Shown here one piece after another: positions 8,361 to 17,761 of a stretch of 32,000 bases of DNA (positions within the stretch are counted from its first letter, which is position 1; every line of letters starts with the position of its first letter). The translations under genes were made by a program, and so were the position numbers. The notes under the pieces are model-generated. The model saw nothing but the letters and a program-made list of their open reading frames with translations. It ran no database searches and was not told the DNA's origin. Source of the DNA: Candidatus Brocadia sp. (GTDB lineage: Bacteria; Planctomycetota; Brocadiia; Brocadiales; Brocadiaceae); NCBI GenBank assembly GCA_021650915.1, contig CP091279.1, positions 3,660,001 through 3,692,000 on the forward strand, written 5' to 3'.

Positions 8361-8627
8361 GTAACAATTTAGTTTTTTGAAAAATCCCGAAGGGATGACA
8401 TGATTATAGAAAAAACGCGTCACCATATTCAACCTCGTAGAGGTGAAATATCGAGAAAATAACGATACTATGCCACCCCTACGGGGTTAGCCATAATTGC
8501 ATAACCATGTGCTATAATCATGGCATCCCTTCGGGATTACAGAATCATTATCTTGTTCACTCGTAGTGATTGTGAGCAAAAGTATGCTGAATAGATACGA
8601 GAAATTTTCAAAAAGCTAAATTGTTAC
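8361..8627. mobile_element. MITE-like element (family E), long 267-bp variant
   Basis: TIRs gtaacaatttagttttttgaaaaat (8361-8385) and attttcaaaaagctaaattgttac (8604-8627). An internal 25-bp stem, tcccgaagggatgacatgattatag (8385-8409) / ctataatcatggcatcccttcggga (8512-8536), has one mismatch. Confidence 0.65.
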
Positions 8628-8653
8628 AAATTTTGAAATTCCTTGTCATAATA

Positions 8654-9949
8654 CTACTGCGCCGCATCAACCATCACTTCCTGCTGTTCAATCGTGTTCC
8701 ACAAATACCCCTTTGGATTCCAAAATTCTTCGCTTGTCTGAGTATTACCTTTTTCGTCGGTGGCGCGAACTGCAAGTGCATACCTGCCGGTATGTTTGGG
8801 AATCCAGGTCGTTTCCCAGGTGCGGAAAGAGTATTTTCCGTAATCGTCTCCAAGTCTGGCCTTGCTCCAGGTTTTGCCGTCGTCTTCAGAGATCTCCACG
8901 TTGACCACATGACCATAACCGCTGAAGGCAATGCCGCGCACCGTGACCGGCATCCCGACCGGAATTTTACCCGAGCCGTCAGGGGTAATAATGAACGAAC
9001 GCACGGGCATGGTTCCAACGGGAATCATTTTGACATGGCCGTCCTTAACGTCCTTTAGGGTGATATTGCCGCGCGGTGTATCGGGCACGCAATACGTCTT
9101 CGTCATCCAGAAATTGGTGTCGGGTTCCGTTAATACCCGGATCCAGGTCAGCGCCTTGATCCAATACGTTGAGAACTTACCAGGGACCACCAGGCGAACC
9201 GGGAAACCGTTCAGCATGGGAAGCGGCTCGCCATTCATTTCGTAAGCCACAATGGTTTCATGAATGACGGGATCGTTCAGATTTAAGGATTTCAGATATC
9301 GGTATGCGACACTTTCTTTTAGTCCGCGTCCCTTTTCCAGGCCTTCAAACTGTACACAGAGCGAACCCGCCTTGACCCCCGCGGCATCAAGCAAATCCTT
9401 AAGGGAAACGCCGGTGAAGAGGGCGTTGCCCATAGCCCCGTTGCCCCATTGGGCGCCAGGCACGCGGGGCTGAAAACGGCTGCGGCTGTTGCCGGAGCAC
9501 TGGTTAACGGCGGCGAGAGAAACCGGTTTATATTGTTTCATGAGGTCGGCCATCGACAAGGCCAATGATTTTCCAACATTGCCTTCCACGAGGAGTCGCC
9601 ACTCGGAGAGGTTCACAGCGCTGGGAATACCCTCCAGGTGCCATCGTACGTAAAATGCAGCGTTTGGGGTGAACGGCGTCAGGAAGTAATGTCGCGGAGT
9701 TTCCAGTTGAACCGGACGGTCGGTAAGCTGGATCAGCGGAAGTTTTTGAGGGTAAATGACAAAAGGACCCACCGCCCCCCAGTAAGGATTGACCTCGGGT
9801 CCGGTAAAGGCGGGCATTTGCTGGATAGCCTGACCGGAGACCTGTGCAATGGCCGATGGCAGCTTGTTCAAGCCCAGCCAGGCAGCCCCTCCCCCAAGCA
9901 TCTTCAGTAAGAATCTGCGCGACACGGCGCCCGTTTTTTCTGCTGTCAT
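8654..9949 (-). CDS. Tat-exported molybdopterin oxidoreductase of the sulfite oxidase/dehydrogenase family (SorA/SoxC-like)
   Basis: Twin-arginine signal [18 protein letters not shown] conserved Mo-ligand cysteine context ([13 protein letters not shown]). A C-terminal Ig-like dimerisation-domain pattern ([12 protein letters not shown]). A cytochrome c partner lies downstream. Confidence 0.85.
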   Translation of the reverse strand: MTAEKTGAVSRRFLLKMLGGGAAWLGLNKLPSAIAQVSGQAIQQMPAFTGPEVNPYWGAVGPFVIYPQKLPLIQLTDRPVQLETPRHYFLTPFTPNAAFYVRWHLEGIPSAVNLSEWRLLVEGNVGKSLALSMADLMKQYKPVSLAAVNQCSGNSRSRFQPRVPGAQWGNGAMGNALFTGVSLKDLLDAAGVKAGSLCVQFEGLEKGRGLKESVAYRYLKSLNLNDPVIHETIVAYEMNGEPLPMLNGFPVRLVVPGKFSTYWIKALTWIRVLTEPDTNFWMTKTYCVPDTPRGNITLKDVKDGHVKMIPVGTMPVRSFIITPDGSGKIPVGMPVTVRGIAFSGYGHVVNVEISEDDGKTWSKARLGDDYGKYSFRTWETTWIPKHTGRYALAVRATDEKGNTQTSEEFWNPKGYLWNTIEQQEVMVDAAQ

Positions 9950-9964
9950 TTCATCCCTCTCGCA

Positions 9965-10765
9965 CTAAAAAAACACGGCGCTGATAAAACCAATGAGAGC
10001 GCCAAAAACCCCGCCCCAAACCACGAGCCACCCCAAGTGTGAGCGCATCATTTCCTCCACAATTTGCTTCACCCGGCGTGGGGTAAGTTCGTTGACGGTT
10101 GTATCCACCATAACGGCAATCCTGGATCTGAATGATTCAAAATCAGTCTCCTTCTGCAGGATGGCGGCTACGTCAATATTCCGCAGGATGTCCGAGGTCC
10201 TTTTTTCAAATTCCTTTTTAAAAGGGTCACGCAACGGGGCAAGGGCTTTTTCTCCTCCAAACAAGGTAAACATACCGCCAAAAGAGGAATTTTTAATTAC
10301 CAGCACAAGGCCGTTAAACACATCATCAAAATCGATCTTGTCCAGCACCAGCTCCGGTTGTATCGTATGAGGAAGCGTATTTTGGGCAACCTTTACAAAA
10401 TTTTCTTTGGTAAAAAAATTCTGCATAATAAGAGAGCGGATGCTCTCTTTAAACTGATCGAACCTCAGGGCAACGATGCCGGAGCCATAAAGCCCTGGTA
10501 TCCTTTCAAAGAGCATATAGATGGCCAGCCAGTTCGTCAATGCCCCTGATAAGGCAAAAAGGCTGGCCAGCATGAGGGCATTCCGGCCAAAAAACTCAGG
10601 CATCCCATAAGAAATCCCAAACGCCATGGCGGCAATGCCGTTGGTCAGGAAGCTTTTATTCATAAGCGTCCTTGCTCTATGAAAATCTGCCCACGCAGTT
10701 CCTTTATCAAACGCCCCTGGCGGAAGTCTGTATGAAATTGCCTCTGATTGCTTTTCTGCGGCCAT
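9965..10765 (-). CDS. Integral membrane protein, tentatively DUF445-like
   Basis: TM segments at both ends. TNWLAIYMLFERIPG and the C-terminal HLGWLVVWGGVFGALIGF resemble DUF445 proteins as I remember them. Its stop lies 15 nt upstream of the SorA-like start on the same strand. Confidence 0.6.
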   Translation of the reverse strand: MAAEKQSEAISYRLPPGAFDKGTAWADFHRARTLMNKSFLTNGIAAMAFGISYGMPEFFGRNALMLASLFALSGALTNWLAIYMLFERIPGLYGSGIVALRFDQFKESIRSLIMQNFFTKENFVKVAQNTLPHTIQPELVLDKIDFDDVFNGLVLVIKNSSFGGMFTLFGGEKALAPLRDPFKKEFEKRTSDILRNIDVAAILQKETDFESFRSRIAVMVDTTVNELTPRRVKQIVEEMMRSHLGWLVVWGGVFGALIGFISAVFF

Positions 10766-10887
10766 GTTAACAACCCTCGTTTTGTAAAGTGTGTCTGTTG
10801 TCGTGACAATTCCTGGGACAGCATGAGGCCATGAAGTTGCCGGTACAGGTATTTCCCGGTCAACATGCCGGGTTTTCGCAAGAATAA

Positions 10888-10917
10888 ATTATATCGCACA
10901 TTCCGCCTGGCTGGCAA
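10888..10917 (-). promoter_or_regulatory. Sigma-70-type promoter candidate for the minus-strand operon
   Basis: On the minus strand: TTGCCA (10917-10912), 18-nt spacer, TATAAT (10893-10888). It lies ~120 nt upstream of the 10765 start. Confidence 0.4.
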
Positions 10918-11010
10918 GACCATTTTGCCGGCCAGCAGCTTCACACGGCTGAAGTAGCCCTCTCTCTTATCGCACCCTGCAGGTATGAAAGAATGCAAGA
11001 TCAAAAAAGG

Positions 11011-11039
11011 TTGCAATCTCTGCAGATTTTGTTTTTAAT
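11011..11039 (+). promoter_or_regulatory. Sigma-70-type promoter candidate for the bactofilin row
   Basis: TTGCAA (11011-11016), 17-nt spacer, TTTAAT (11034-11039). It is divergent from the minus-strand promoter candidate. Confidence 0.35.
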
Positions 11040-11164
11040 GTAAAATTGCGGATAAAGAGGAGTTCTCTGTCAGTTATCATGTGCTCCCGGCAGACGGATA
11101 AACAGTTTTTTAACTAGTTTCTTATGTCTAAAACATCATTCAGATAAAAAGGAAGGTACAGCCT

Positions 11165-11653
11165 ATGGGTTTATTCCGGAAAGGTGCGGAAGAGGCAAAA
11201 ATAAACGATGAGACGCAAGACGAGTCTGAAACAACCAGAGAAATCAGAAAGGAGAGGAAAATGGCTGAAGAAAAGGCATCGACACTGACGCAGGACGTGG
11301 AGATCAAGGGCACCATCAAATTTAGCAATGCCATGAAAATCGATGGTAAGTTTGAAGGGGAAATGTTAACGGAAGAAGGAGAGCTGTTTGTTGGCAAAAC
11401 CGGCAGTGTGAAAGCAAACGTTAAGGTGAAAAATGCCGTTATTGAAGGTCGTATGGACGGAAATGTTACCGCAACAGAAAAAGTCGAACTTAAGGAAAAG
11501 GCGCATCTTGTCGGCGACCTGAAAGCAAGAACCCTGATTATTGAAGAAGGGGTTGTCTTCGTTGGGAATTGCAATGTAAACCCGGATGGATTCAAGGCGG
11601 AAAATCCCAATTTCAAGGAATGGAAAAAGGAACCAAAAAAAGGCGCAGAATAA
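11165..11653 (+). CDS. Bactofilin (DUF583 polymer-forming cytoskeletal protein)
   Basis: Beta-helical bactofilin repeat pattern VEIKGTIKFSNAMKIDGKFEGEM..GELFVGKTGSVKANVKVKNAVIEGRMDGNVTATEKVELKEKAHLVGDLKARTLIIEEGVVFVGNCNV. An alternative start at 11261 (MAEEKAS) has the better RBS, aaaggagagg. Confidence 0.85.
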   Translation: MGLFRKGAEEAKINDETQDESETTREIRKERKMAEEKASTLTQDVEIKGTIKFSNAMKIDGKFEGEMLTEEGELFVGKTGSVKANVKVKNAVIEGRMDGNVTATEKVELKEKAHLVGDLKARTLIIEEGVVFVGNCNVNPDGFKAENPNFKEWKKEPKKGAE

Positions 11654-11698
11654 TTCCGCAGTGAGGAATGCGTAACTTCTACGTGATAGAATCGATTT

Positions 11699-12250
11699 AT
11701 GAGTTCTAAAGCAGGTGAATTACCGGAAACCAGAGAGATTGTATGTCCTTATTGCCATCGGAATTTTCCGGTTTCAATCCATTGCATCTCAATACCATGC
11801 CGTTACTGTAATCGCCATATCAATATCCAGGAAGCGCTTTTTCCTCCGGAAAAAAGGGAAAAACCTTCTCCCGGAGACCGGCGGATCCTGTGTTATAAAT
11901 GCGGGAAGGAAATCTATACCCACGCGAAGGCTCAGGCAATACGATGTAATCACTGCTATCATCAAAACGACATGAATGATTACACGATAAAGGTCCTGAT
12001 GGGGAAAATAATCGAGACGCACGGCACCTTATATCTGAAAAAAAAGGGAATCATAGAAATCTCCAATATCCGGGTTGGAAATGCCATTGTAAAAGGGAAA
12101 ATTCATGGCGACCTTTATGCAAGCGGTACGGTTGAAATTTTAAAGCCGGGCGAAATTTACGGCAAGATTACCTGCCGTAAACTAATCATAAAAAAGGGCG
12201 GGACATTTAACGGAAGGGTGCAGATATTGCCCGCAAACCAGGAATCCTGA
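11699..12250 (+). CDS. Zinc-ribbon / bactofilin-like fusion protein
   Basis: Two CxxC-X14-CxxC units (CPYC..CRYC and CYKC..CNHC), followed by a short bactofilin-like segment: IEISNIRVGNAIVKGKIHGDLYASGTVEILKPGEIYGKITCRKLIIKKGGTFNGRVQI. Confidence 0.75.
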   Translation: MSSKAGELPETREIVCPYCHRNFPVSIHCISIPCRYCNRHINIQEALFPPEKREKPSPGDRRILCYKCGKEIYTHAKAQAIRCNHCYHQNDMNDYTIKVLMGKIIETHGTLYLKKKGIIEISNIRVGNAIVKGKIHGDLYASGTVEILKPGEIYGKITCRKLIIKKGGTFNGRVQILPANQES

Positions 12251-12417
12251 TACAAGCAATCATGGACGGGCATTGCCCTGTTGCCAGGGGATGAAATAAA
12301 CAGAGCATACGGCAGGGCATGTGATTGTTACCGGCAGAATCTCCGGCAATCAGGCGGGGGAGGTTGACTGATGATGAGATGATGCACCACGCAGCAGATC
12401 CGCATCCCGCTGAAACT

Positions 12418-13035
12418 ATGAAAAAATTCACCGCTATTCATTGCCTCGTCCTTCTTAGCCTCTCCATTACTATTCAAAGCGCTGCGTATGGATACGGCTA
12501 TGCCAAAGAGGAAGATCCGCTTATTAAAGTATTTAAGGCCGTTATCTTTTATGGAAGACAGGCAAACTGGGAAAAGGTCTCCCGCGAAGTCAATTCGATC
12601 AGCGACCGTATTGCGGATGTGTACGCAATATTCAAAATAGACCTCAGGCCAGAGATTAACCATGCCATTCAGAAACAGGATTTCCAGTCCCTCACGAATC
12701 ACATGGCCAACCTCGTCTTTTTTGCCATCCGGGAAAAATTTTATTATAATATCCAGGAAAATCTGACGGTATATGTCCGTTCTAAAGTCCGGTTGGGGTT
12801 GGCGGAAGAATATTATCTCACCCTCCTTGCAGGAAATGTGCGGAATTATGATGCCCGTCACAAGACCACGTTACATGAAGATATTTACCGTCGGTTTGTC
12901 AGGGCCAGGGGAACCCTTGGCAGCGCGGGTTTTTTTGGCGCCGGTGCGATACCGCCTGACGTAAAGGAATTTGAGAGGATAACAAAAGAAATTGAAAATT
13001 TACTCTTCCTGGCATTTCCCTATTTTAAGGCATAG
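12418..13035 (+). CDS. Hypothetical secreted protein (predicted helical)
   Basis: I prefer the internal start MKKFTAIHCLVLLSLSITIQSAAYG (signal peptide) over the track start at 12325. It is co-directional with its neighbours. A competing 177-aa antisense ORF exists (see rejected). Confidence 0.55.
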   Translation: MKKFTAIHCLVLLSLSITIQSAAYGYGYAKEEDPLIKVFKAVIFYGRQANWEKVSREVNSISDRIADVYAIFKIDLRPEINHAIQKQDFQSLTNHMANLVFFAIREKFYYNIQENLTVYVRSKVRLGLAEEYYLTLLAGNVRNYDARHKTTLHEDIYRRFVRARGTLGSAGFFGAGAIPPDVKEFERITKEIENLLFLAFPYFKA

Positions 13036-13345
13036 GGTTTCAAAGTTACGGTTGTAGGGCGACGAGGCTCGTCGCTCTGCCTTGAAATGTATAGGAATTT
13101 CAAACTTTCTGCTTCTGCCTTACACACCCCCAACCCCCTCTCAGGAGGGGATTCAGGGGTGGGTTTAACCTTATCATAAAAAGTCGCCGAAGACCTGATT
13201 TATGTATAGGAATTTCAATGTTTGTTGTAGGGGCGAAGCATTTGCTGATATCAGATTTGAATGTCATCTTATGTCCTGGACAGCAAATGCTTCGCCCCTA
13301 CGTGTGATCGCAAACAAAGTCGCCGAAGGCCTGATTAAAACCGGC
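13036..13345. repeat. Cluster of REP-like hairpins and family-D fragments filling the intergenic region
   Basis: gtagggcgacgaggctcgtcgctctgc (13054-13080). ccccctctcaggagggg hairpin (~13135-13151). aaagtcgccgaagacctgatt (13183-13203). Long hairpin gtaggggcgaagcatttgctg (13227-13247) / cagcaaatgcttcgcccctac (13281-13301). aaagtcgccgaaggcctgatt (~13317-13337). Confidence 0.8.
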
Positions 13346-13365
13346 AAGAATACACAAGACGGTCA

Positions 13366-14622
13366 ATGATGCTCCTCTTCCAAATGAAGCGCACCACGAG
13401 AAGCGTGAAGGGAGATGGCGTGGCGGACGTTTGCTTTGTTTCGCTCTTCCGAAGGCCGGGAATTGAAGGGTTTATTGGCTTCATAATAACCCTTTGGTGT
13501 GTTGCGTGTTGTGCAGATGACCGGGTTGGCACGATTGCAGCACCTGTTGCCGGATCCGAAAGCGTATGGGAAGGACATCAGGCTGTTTCCCGAAGAGATT
13601 TTCCGGAGGATTACTCTTTCGATAGTGCGTCAATCCTTACAGAACCCGAAGGAGACGGGAAAAAACTTCAATTTCATGGATATTTTGAGGTGACGTCACC
13701 CATTCATGGCAGTGACGATGAGTCGCAGCAGTCATCTTCTCAGTTCCTGAAAGACAATGAACTTACCCTTTGGCTGAGGAAACGGATATCCCGGAGGCTA
13801 TCTTTTGGCTCAGAGATTGAGATAAAAGACGGATTCGAAACCTACGAGCTCGAACGATGTGAGTTCGATTATGAGATTATGAAGAAATTGCTGATAGTTC
13901 GTCTCGGAAAGTTCAAATATCCGCTCGGCATAGAACGGTTGGTGGAGTCTGCGCCCCTAAATAAATTGATAGATCGTCCTTTCCCCTCAACCAGAATTAT
14001 ACCGGGGACGTACTCCGACATTGGAGGGATGCTTCATGGCGCGGTTCCCTTTCCCCATGATACCAGACTGAAGTATGAATTCGCCCTGTCAAATGGCCTG
14101 GCCGGGCCTGATCACGAGGATGTGCAGCAACTCTGGGATAATAACAGAAACAAGGCCCTTGGCGGAAGGCTGGGATACGAAATCCTGCCGGGACTGGAAT
14201 TGGGTGGTTCATATTCGCGGGGAAAATATGATGAAGACGATCGCCTGAGCATCGATTTTCTGGGCGCTGATATTCAGTTCAGAAAAGGAAACCTGGAAGT
14301 GCGGGGTGAGTATATTACCAGTCAGGTAGAACAGCGTTCCGCTGACGGCGGCGATTACGACCGGAATGGCTATTACTTTCAGGTATCTTATCAACATCCC
14401 TTTCATCTCAATTATATACGATATGCGGAAGGAGTCTTTCGGTTTGATTCTGTGGACCCTAACCGGGACATTACCGATGGAAATGAAGCAGACCGAATTG
14501 CCGTTGGCATAAATTATGCCCCCACGGAACAGGTGATCTTTAAGATTGAGTATGAGGTAGAAAATGAACCGGGGGAAGAAATCCACGGGAAAGCCTTTGT
14601 CCAGGCGATATTCAGGTGGTAA
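13366..14622 (+). CDS. Putative outer-membrane beta-barrel porin
   Basis: Alternating amphipathic strands throughout (LQFHGYFEV, GGRLGYEI, LEVRGEYI, NGYYFQVSY, IAVGINYAP, VIFKIEYEV). Aromatic C-terminus ...AFVQAIFRW. The true start is uncertain: the N-terminus is odd and a GTG at about 13420 or a later start is possible. Confidence 0.55.
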   Translation: MMLLFQMKRTTRSVKGDGVADVCFVSLFRRPGIEGFIGFIITLWCVACCADDRVGTIAAPVAGSESVWEGHQAVSRRDFPEDYSFDSASILTEPEGDGKKLQFHGYFEVTSPIHGSDDESQQSSSQFLKDNELTLWLRKRISRRLSFGSEIEIKDGFETYELERCEFDYEIMKKLLIVRLGKFKYPLGIERLVESAPLNKLIDRPFPSTRIIPGTYSDIGGMLHGAVPFPHDTRLKYEFALSNGLAGPDHEDVQQLWDNNRNKALGGRLGYEILPGLELGGSYSRGKYDEDDRLSIDFLGADIQFRKGNLEVRGEYITSQVEQRSADGGDYDRNGYYFQVSYQHPFHLNYIRYAEGVFRFDSVDPNRDITDGNEADRIAVGINYAPTEQVIFKIEYEVENEPGEEIHGKAFVQAIFRW

Positions 14623-14735
14623 AGGGGTGGCAGGGGATCATGCCGTGGTATCCTTGTTTGTGCCACAGGTGCAAGGTATCGTTCGATTTGCCCGCCGATC
14701 TTTACTAAAATACGAGATAGTATTCTTTGTCGCCC

Positions 14736-16289
14736 ATGATAAATTTTCATAAAATTTTTCATCCGGAGAAATTTAACTTACTTCTTTACTACACGATAAC
14801 CAGTTTTGTTGCTATTGCTGGGATGAGTCTCGTGGTTGGATGGATCTTCCCGCGCATGGAAAGCAAAGAGCTGGTCAACCGCAGTGAGAAATACGCGCAC
14901 CAGTTTATCTCACACCTGAATTATGAAATCTACAAGGATTTTCTGCTTCCTACCCTGCAAAGCGATAAACGCATAGATTTGGAAAATAATAAAAATCAAT
15001 TGAAAAAGCTGGACCGGATCGTCCGGGAAAATCTGTATGGATTGCGCATAAAAAAACTCTACCTCTATGATTTTGAAGGGCATATTATTTACAGTACCAT
15101 TCCCGAACATATTGGCTTTACCCTGGATCGGGGGATAAATAAAAATCTGGACTCCGCCATCAGGGGAAAACCAGCGTCAGTATTACGATTGGCCGGCACC
15201 ATCGATTCAAAAGGGATGGACGTTGTGGAAACTCTCCTGGAGAGCTATTACCCTTTCTATGATATGGAGATGGAGGGCAGGAAAAAAAAACAGATTGGCG
15301 TCCTCGAGATATACCAGGATATGTCTGACCTGAAGAGACAGATCACAAAGGTCCGCGAGAAAGCAATTATCATGACCGGCTCGGCAATGGGAATTTTATT
15401 TTTCGCGCTTTTTCTTATCGTCTTTAAGGCCGCGCGGATTATCAATATGAAGACGCTCCAGCTCATAGATTCGAGAAACAGCCTTGAACAGAAGGTAGAG
15501 GAACGCACCTTTGAAATTCGCGAGGCGTATAAAGAACTCCAGCTTACCCAGCGCAAACTCATTCAAAACGAAAAACTGGCGAGCATAGGAACCCTGACCG
15601 CCGGACTGGCCCATGAGATTAATAATCCCCTGGCTTCTATTGCCAGTTGCGCAGAGGGCCTCATTGAACGGCTGAAGATCACCCCGGGTTATACAGAACG
15701 AAAAAACCCTGCAGAAAAAGCGGCTCTGGAGGTATTTCCTGAATATCTGAAAATAATCTGTGATGAAACCTACCGCTGCAAGACGATTATATCGAATCTG
15801 CTCAACTTCTCCCGGCACTCGGCGCCTGCCTTTGAAAGAATTGACGTTAACCAGGTTGTTCATGACACGCTCTCCGTTGGACAATACCAGAAAAGAGACC
15901 ATAAGATACAACTTCACCTTTCCCCTGAGGCATGCGAAGTAATCGGAGACCCGCAGCAACTCAAACAGGTCTTTCTTAATTTACTCATCAATTCACTTCA
16001 TGCAACCGAGGAAAGCGGCGGCGGCATTCTTATATCAACCATCAAAAAACCGACGGTGATGCAAGTTGTCTTTCAGGACGCTGGCGTTGGGATTAAACGA
16101 GAGCATCTGGATAAAATATTTGATCCGTTCTTTACCACGAAAGCAACAGGAAAAGGCACAGGACTTGGACTTGCAATATGCTATGGTATCATCGACGTTC
16201 ATAACGGGAGGATAGAGGCGTTCAGCGAAGGCCCCGGCACGGGCGCAACGTTTACAATAACCTTGCCCTTGTCAATAGGGGAGGGATGA
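14736..16289 (+). CDS. Sensor histidine kinase with two TM helices and a Cache-like extracytoplasmic domain
   Basis: H-box [13 protein letters not shown]-box [10 protein letters not shown]-boxes DAGVGI and [10 protein letters not shown] segments flank a ~190-aa outer domain ([20 protein letters not shown]). The track start is a TTG at 14727; the ATG is at 14736. Confidence 0.88.
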   Translation: MINFHKIFHPEKFNLLLYYTITSFVAIAGMSLVVGWIFPRMESKELVNRSEKYAHQFISHLNYEIYKDFLLPTLQSDKRIDLENNKNQLKKLDRIVRENLYGLRIKKLYLYDFEGHIIYSTIPEHIGFTLDRGINKNLDSAIRGKPASVLRLAGTIDSKGMDVVETLLESYYPFYDMEMEGRKKKQIGVLEIYQDMSDLKRQITKVREKAIIMTGSAMGILFFALFLIVFKAARIINMKTLQLIDSRNSLEQKVEERTFEIREAYKELQLTQRKLIQNEKLASIGTLTAGLAHEINNPLASIASCAEGLIERLKITPGYTERKNPAEKAALEVFPEYLKIICDETYRCKTIISNLLNFSRHSAPAFERIDVNQVVHDTLSVGQYQKRDHKIQLHLSPEACEVIGDPQQLKQVFLNLLINSLHATEESGGGILISTIKKPTVMQVVFQDAGVGIKREHLDKIFDPFFTTKATGKGTGLGLAICYGIIDVHNGRIEAFSEGPGTGATFTITLPLSIGEG

Positions 16290-16365
16290 GGCATGGATTC
16301 GCGTGCACAGCAAGGCATGCAGGGAAAACGGGCGCACGTTTTGTCTCTGAGCGCACAAAAACAGG

Positions 16366-17715
16366 ATGAGTAAAAAACCCAATCTCATCTTAACGGATGA
16401 TGAAGATACGTTTCGAAACATTATGACAAAAGAGCTCAGCCGCATGGGCTATAACGTAGTCAGTTGCGCCAGCGGCGCTGAGGCCTTAAAAAATATCGAA
16501 GAACGGGATTTTGATATCGTCATACTCGACATCAATATGCCGGTAATGAACGGAATCGAACTTTTAAAAAAGGTAAAGGCATTGGATTCTACGACGGAGG
16601 TAATCGTTCTTACCGGCCAGGGAACAATTGAAAATGCCGTTCAGGCCATTAAGCTTGGCGCTTATGATTATGTAACAAAGCCATGCCGGTTGACTGAACT
16701 GCAGATCTTGTTACAAAAGGCATTAGAGAAGAGGCAGTTAAATAAGGAGAACGTGCATCTGAAAAGGCTGGTGAAGGATGCCCAAAAAACTCCTCTGCTG
16801 ATTGGAAACGGCGCTGCAATAACCGCAGTGCATAAAATGGTTGAAAAGATTGCCGCATCCGACGCTATTGTCTTACTTCAGGGGGAAAGCGGCACCGGAA
16901 AGGAGCTTGTTGCCCAATCGATTCATCAGCACAGTCCGCGGGCAAATAGACCCTGTGTTGTGGTGAATTGCGCCACCCTGCAGGAAACCCTCCTGGAAAG
17001 CGAGCTTTTTGGCCATGTCAAAGGGGCGTTCACGGGAGCCACGGAGCTGCGCGTGGGTCTGTTTGAGATCGCTGATGGAGGCACCATATTTTTAGATGAA
17101 ATCGGCGAGCTGTCCGTTAATACCCAGGCAAAACTGCTTCGTGTCGTTCAATCGGGTGAAATCCGGCGTGTTGGCGACAACCGGATAATCACGGTAGATA
17201 CCAGAATCATTGCGGCCACAAACAAGAATTTAGCGGCAGAGGTAAAAAATGGCCGCTTCCGGGAAGACTTGTATTTCCGCTTAAATGTGATTACGGTATC
17301 TCTTCCTCCTTTACGGGAACGGAGAGAAGACATCCCGCTTTTAATCGATCATTTTCTCCGGAACTTTTGCCGGAAGAGAGAGAAAAAGCATGTCCTTCCG
17401 GAGGCGCTAACGGCAATGACCCGGTATTCCTGGCCAGGGAACGTGCGTGAGCTGGAAAACACCGTGGAACGTCTCGTCGTGCTGGCAGAAGGCGAGGATA
17501 TCTCCGTGGATGATTTGCCGGAAAACATTCGCGGGATATCCCCTTTCCGGAATGCAGCGGGGTGCCCGGAAGGGACCCTTTCGGACGTGGAAAAGAAGCA
17601 TATCCTCAGGGTATTGCATGAAAAACAGTGCAACAAGACCCTTGCCGCAGAGGCCCTGGGCATATCGCTGAAAACGTTATACAACAAATTAAAGGTTTAC
17701 CATATCGATCTGTAA
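16366..17715 (+). CDS. Sigma-54-dependent response regulator (NtrC family: REC + AAA+ + Fis-type HTH)
   Basis: REC domain ([11 protein letters not shown]). Walker A GESGTGKE. The GAFTGA sigma-54 contact loop is present verbatim. Walker [11 protein letters not shown]-terminal [24 protein letters not shown]. Confidence 0.92.
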   Translation: MSKKPNLILTDDEDTFRNIMTKELSRMGYNVVSCASGAEALKNIEERDFDIVILDINMPVMNGIELLKKVKALDSTTEVIVLTGQGTIENAVQAIKLGAYDYVTKPCRLTELQILLQKALEKRQLNKENVHLKRLVKDAQKTPLLIGNGAAITAVHKMVEKIAASDAIVLLQGESGTGKELVAQSIHQHSPRANRPCVVVNCATLQETLLESELFGHVKGAFTGATELRVGLFEIADGGTIFLDEIGELSVNTQAKLLRVVQSGEIRRVGDNRIITVDTRIIAATNKNLAAEVKNGRFREDLYFRLNVITVSLPPLRERREDIPLLIDHFLRNFCRKREKKHVLPEALTAMTRYSWPGNVRELENTVERLVVLAEGEDISVDDLPENIRGISPFRNAAGCPEGTLSDVEKKHILRVLHEKQCNKTLAAEALGISLKTLYNKLKVYHIDL

Positions 17716-17761
17716 TAAATTTTTCTATACTTGACGAGTCTTAACAGCCAATCACATTGAA

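Noticed and set aside
10766-10887. Possible molybdenum-cofactor (Moco) riboswitch in the leader of the operon encoding the molybdoenzyme
   Set aside because: I could not recognise the conserved Moco-motif features in the ~115-nt leader; it contains only a short cccgg/ccggg hairpin. A covariance-model scan would be needed to exclude it formally.
10660-11016. 118-aa minus-strand ORF upstream of the DUF445-like gene; considered as a decayed RAYT/IS200-like N-terminus (..ARRNVRY...PG..)
   Set aside because: The resemblance is limited to RRNVR and a PG. The spacing is off, and no HUH or catalytic Tyr region follows. It overlaps the start of the 9965..10765 gene, and the region is better explained as a promoter/5' UTR with a hairpin (ctggctggcaa/ttgccggccag).
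11140-11616. 158-aa antisense ORF opposite the bactofilin gene
   Set aside because: Its low-complexity Ser/Phe/Thr-rich translation mirrors the Lys/Glu/Val-rich bactofilin repeats. The sense frame carries the recognisable domain.
12328-12861. 177-aa antisense ORF opposite the 12418..13035 gene
   Set aside because: The plus-strand ORF is longer, has a classical signal peptide and is co-directional with its neighbours. The antisense ORF has no RBS that I could find. This remains the least certain strand choice in the window.
13527-13539. tggcacgattgca as a sigma-54 -24/-12 promoter; also near-matches at ~12273 (tggacgggcattgcc) and ~14626 (tggcaggggatcatgcc)
   Set aside because: The GG-to-GC spacing is 9, 11 and 13 nt instead of the required 12. 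The first site also lies inside the porin coding region.
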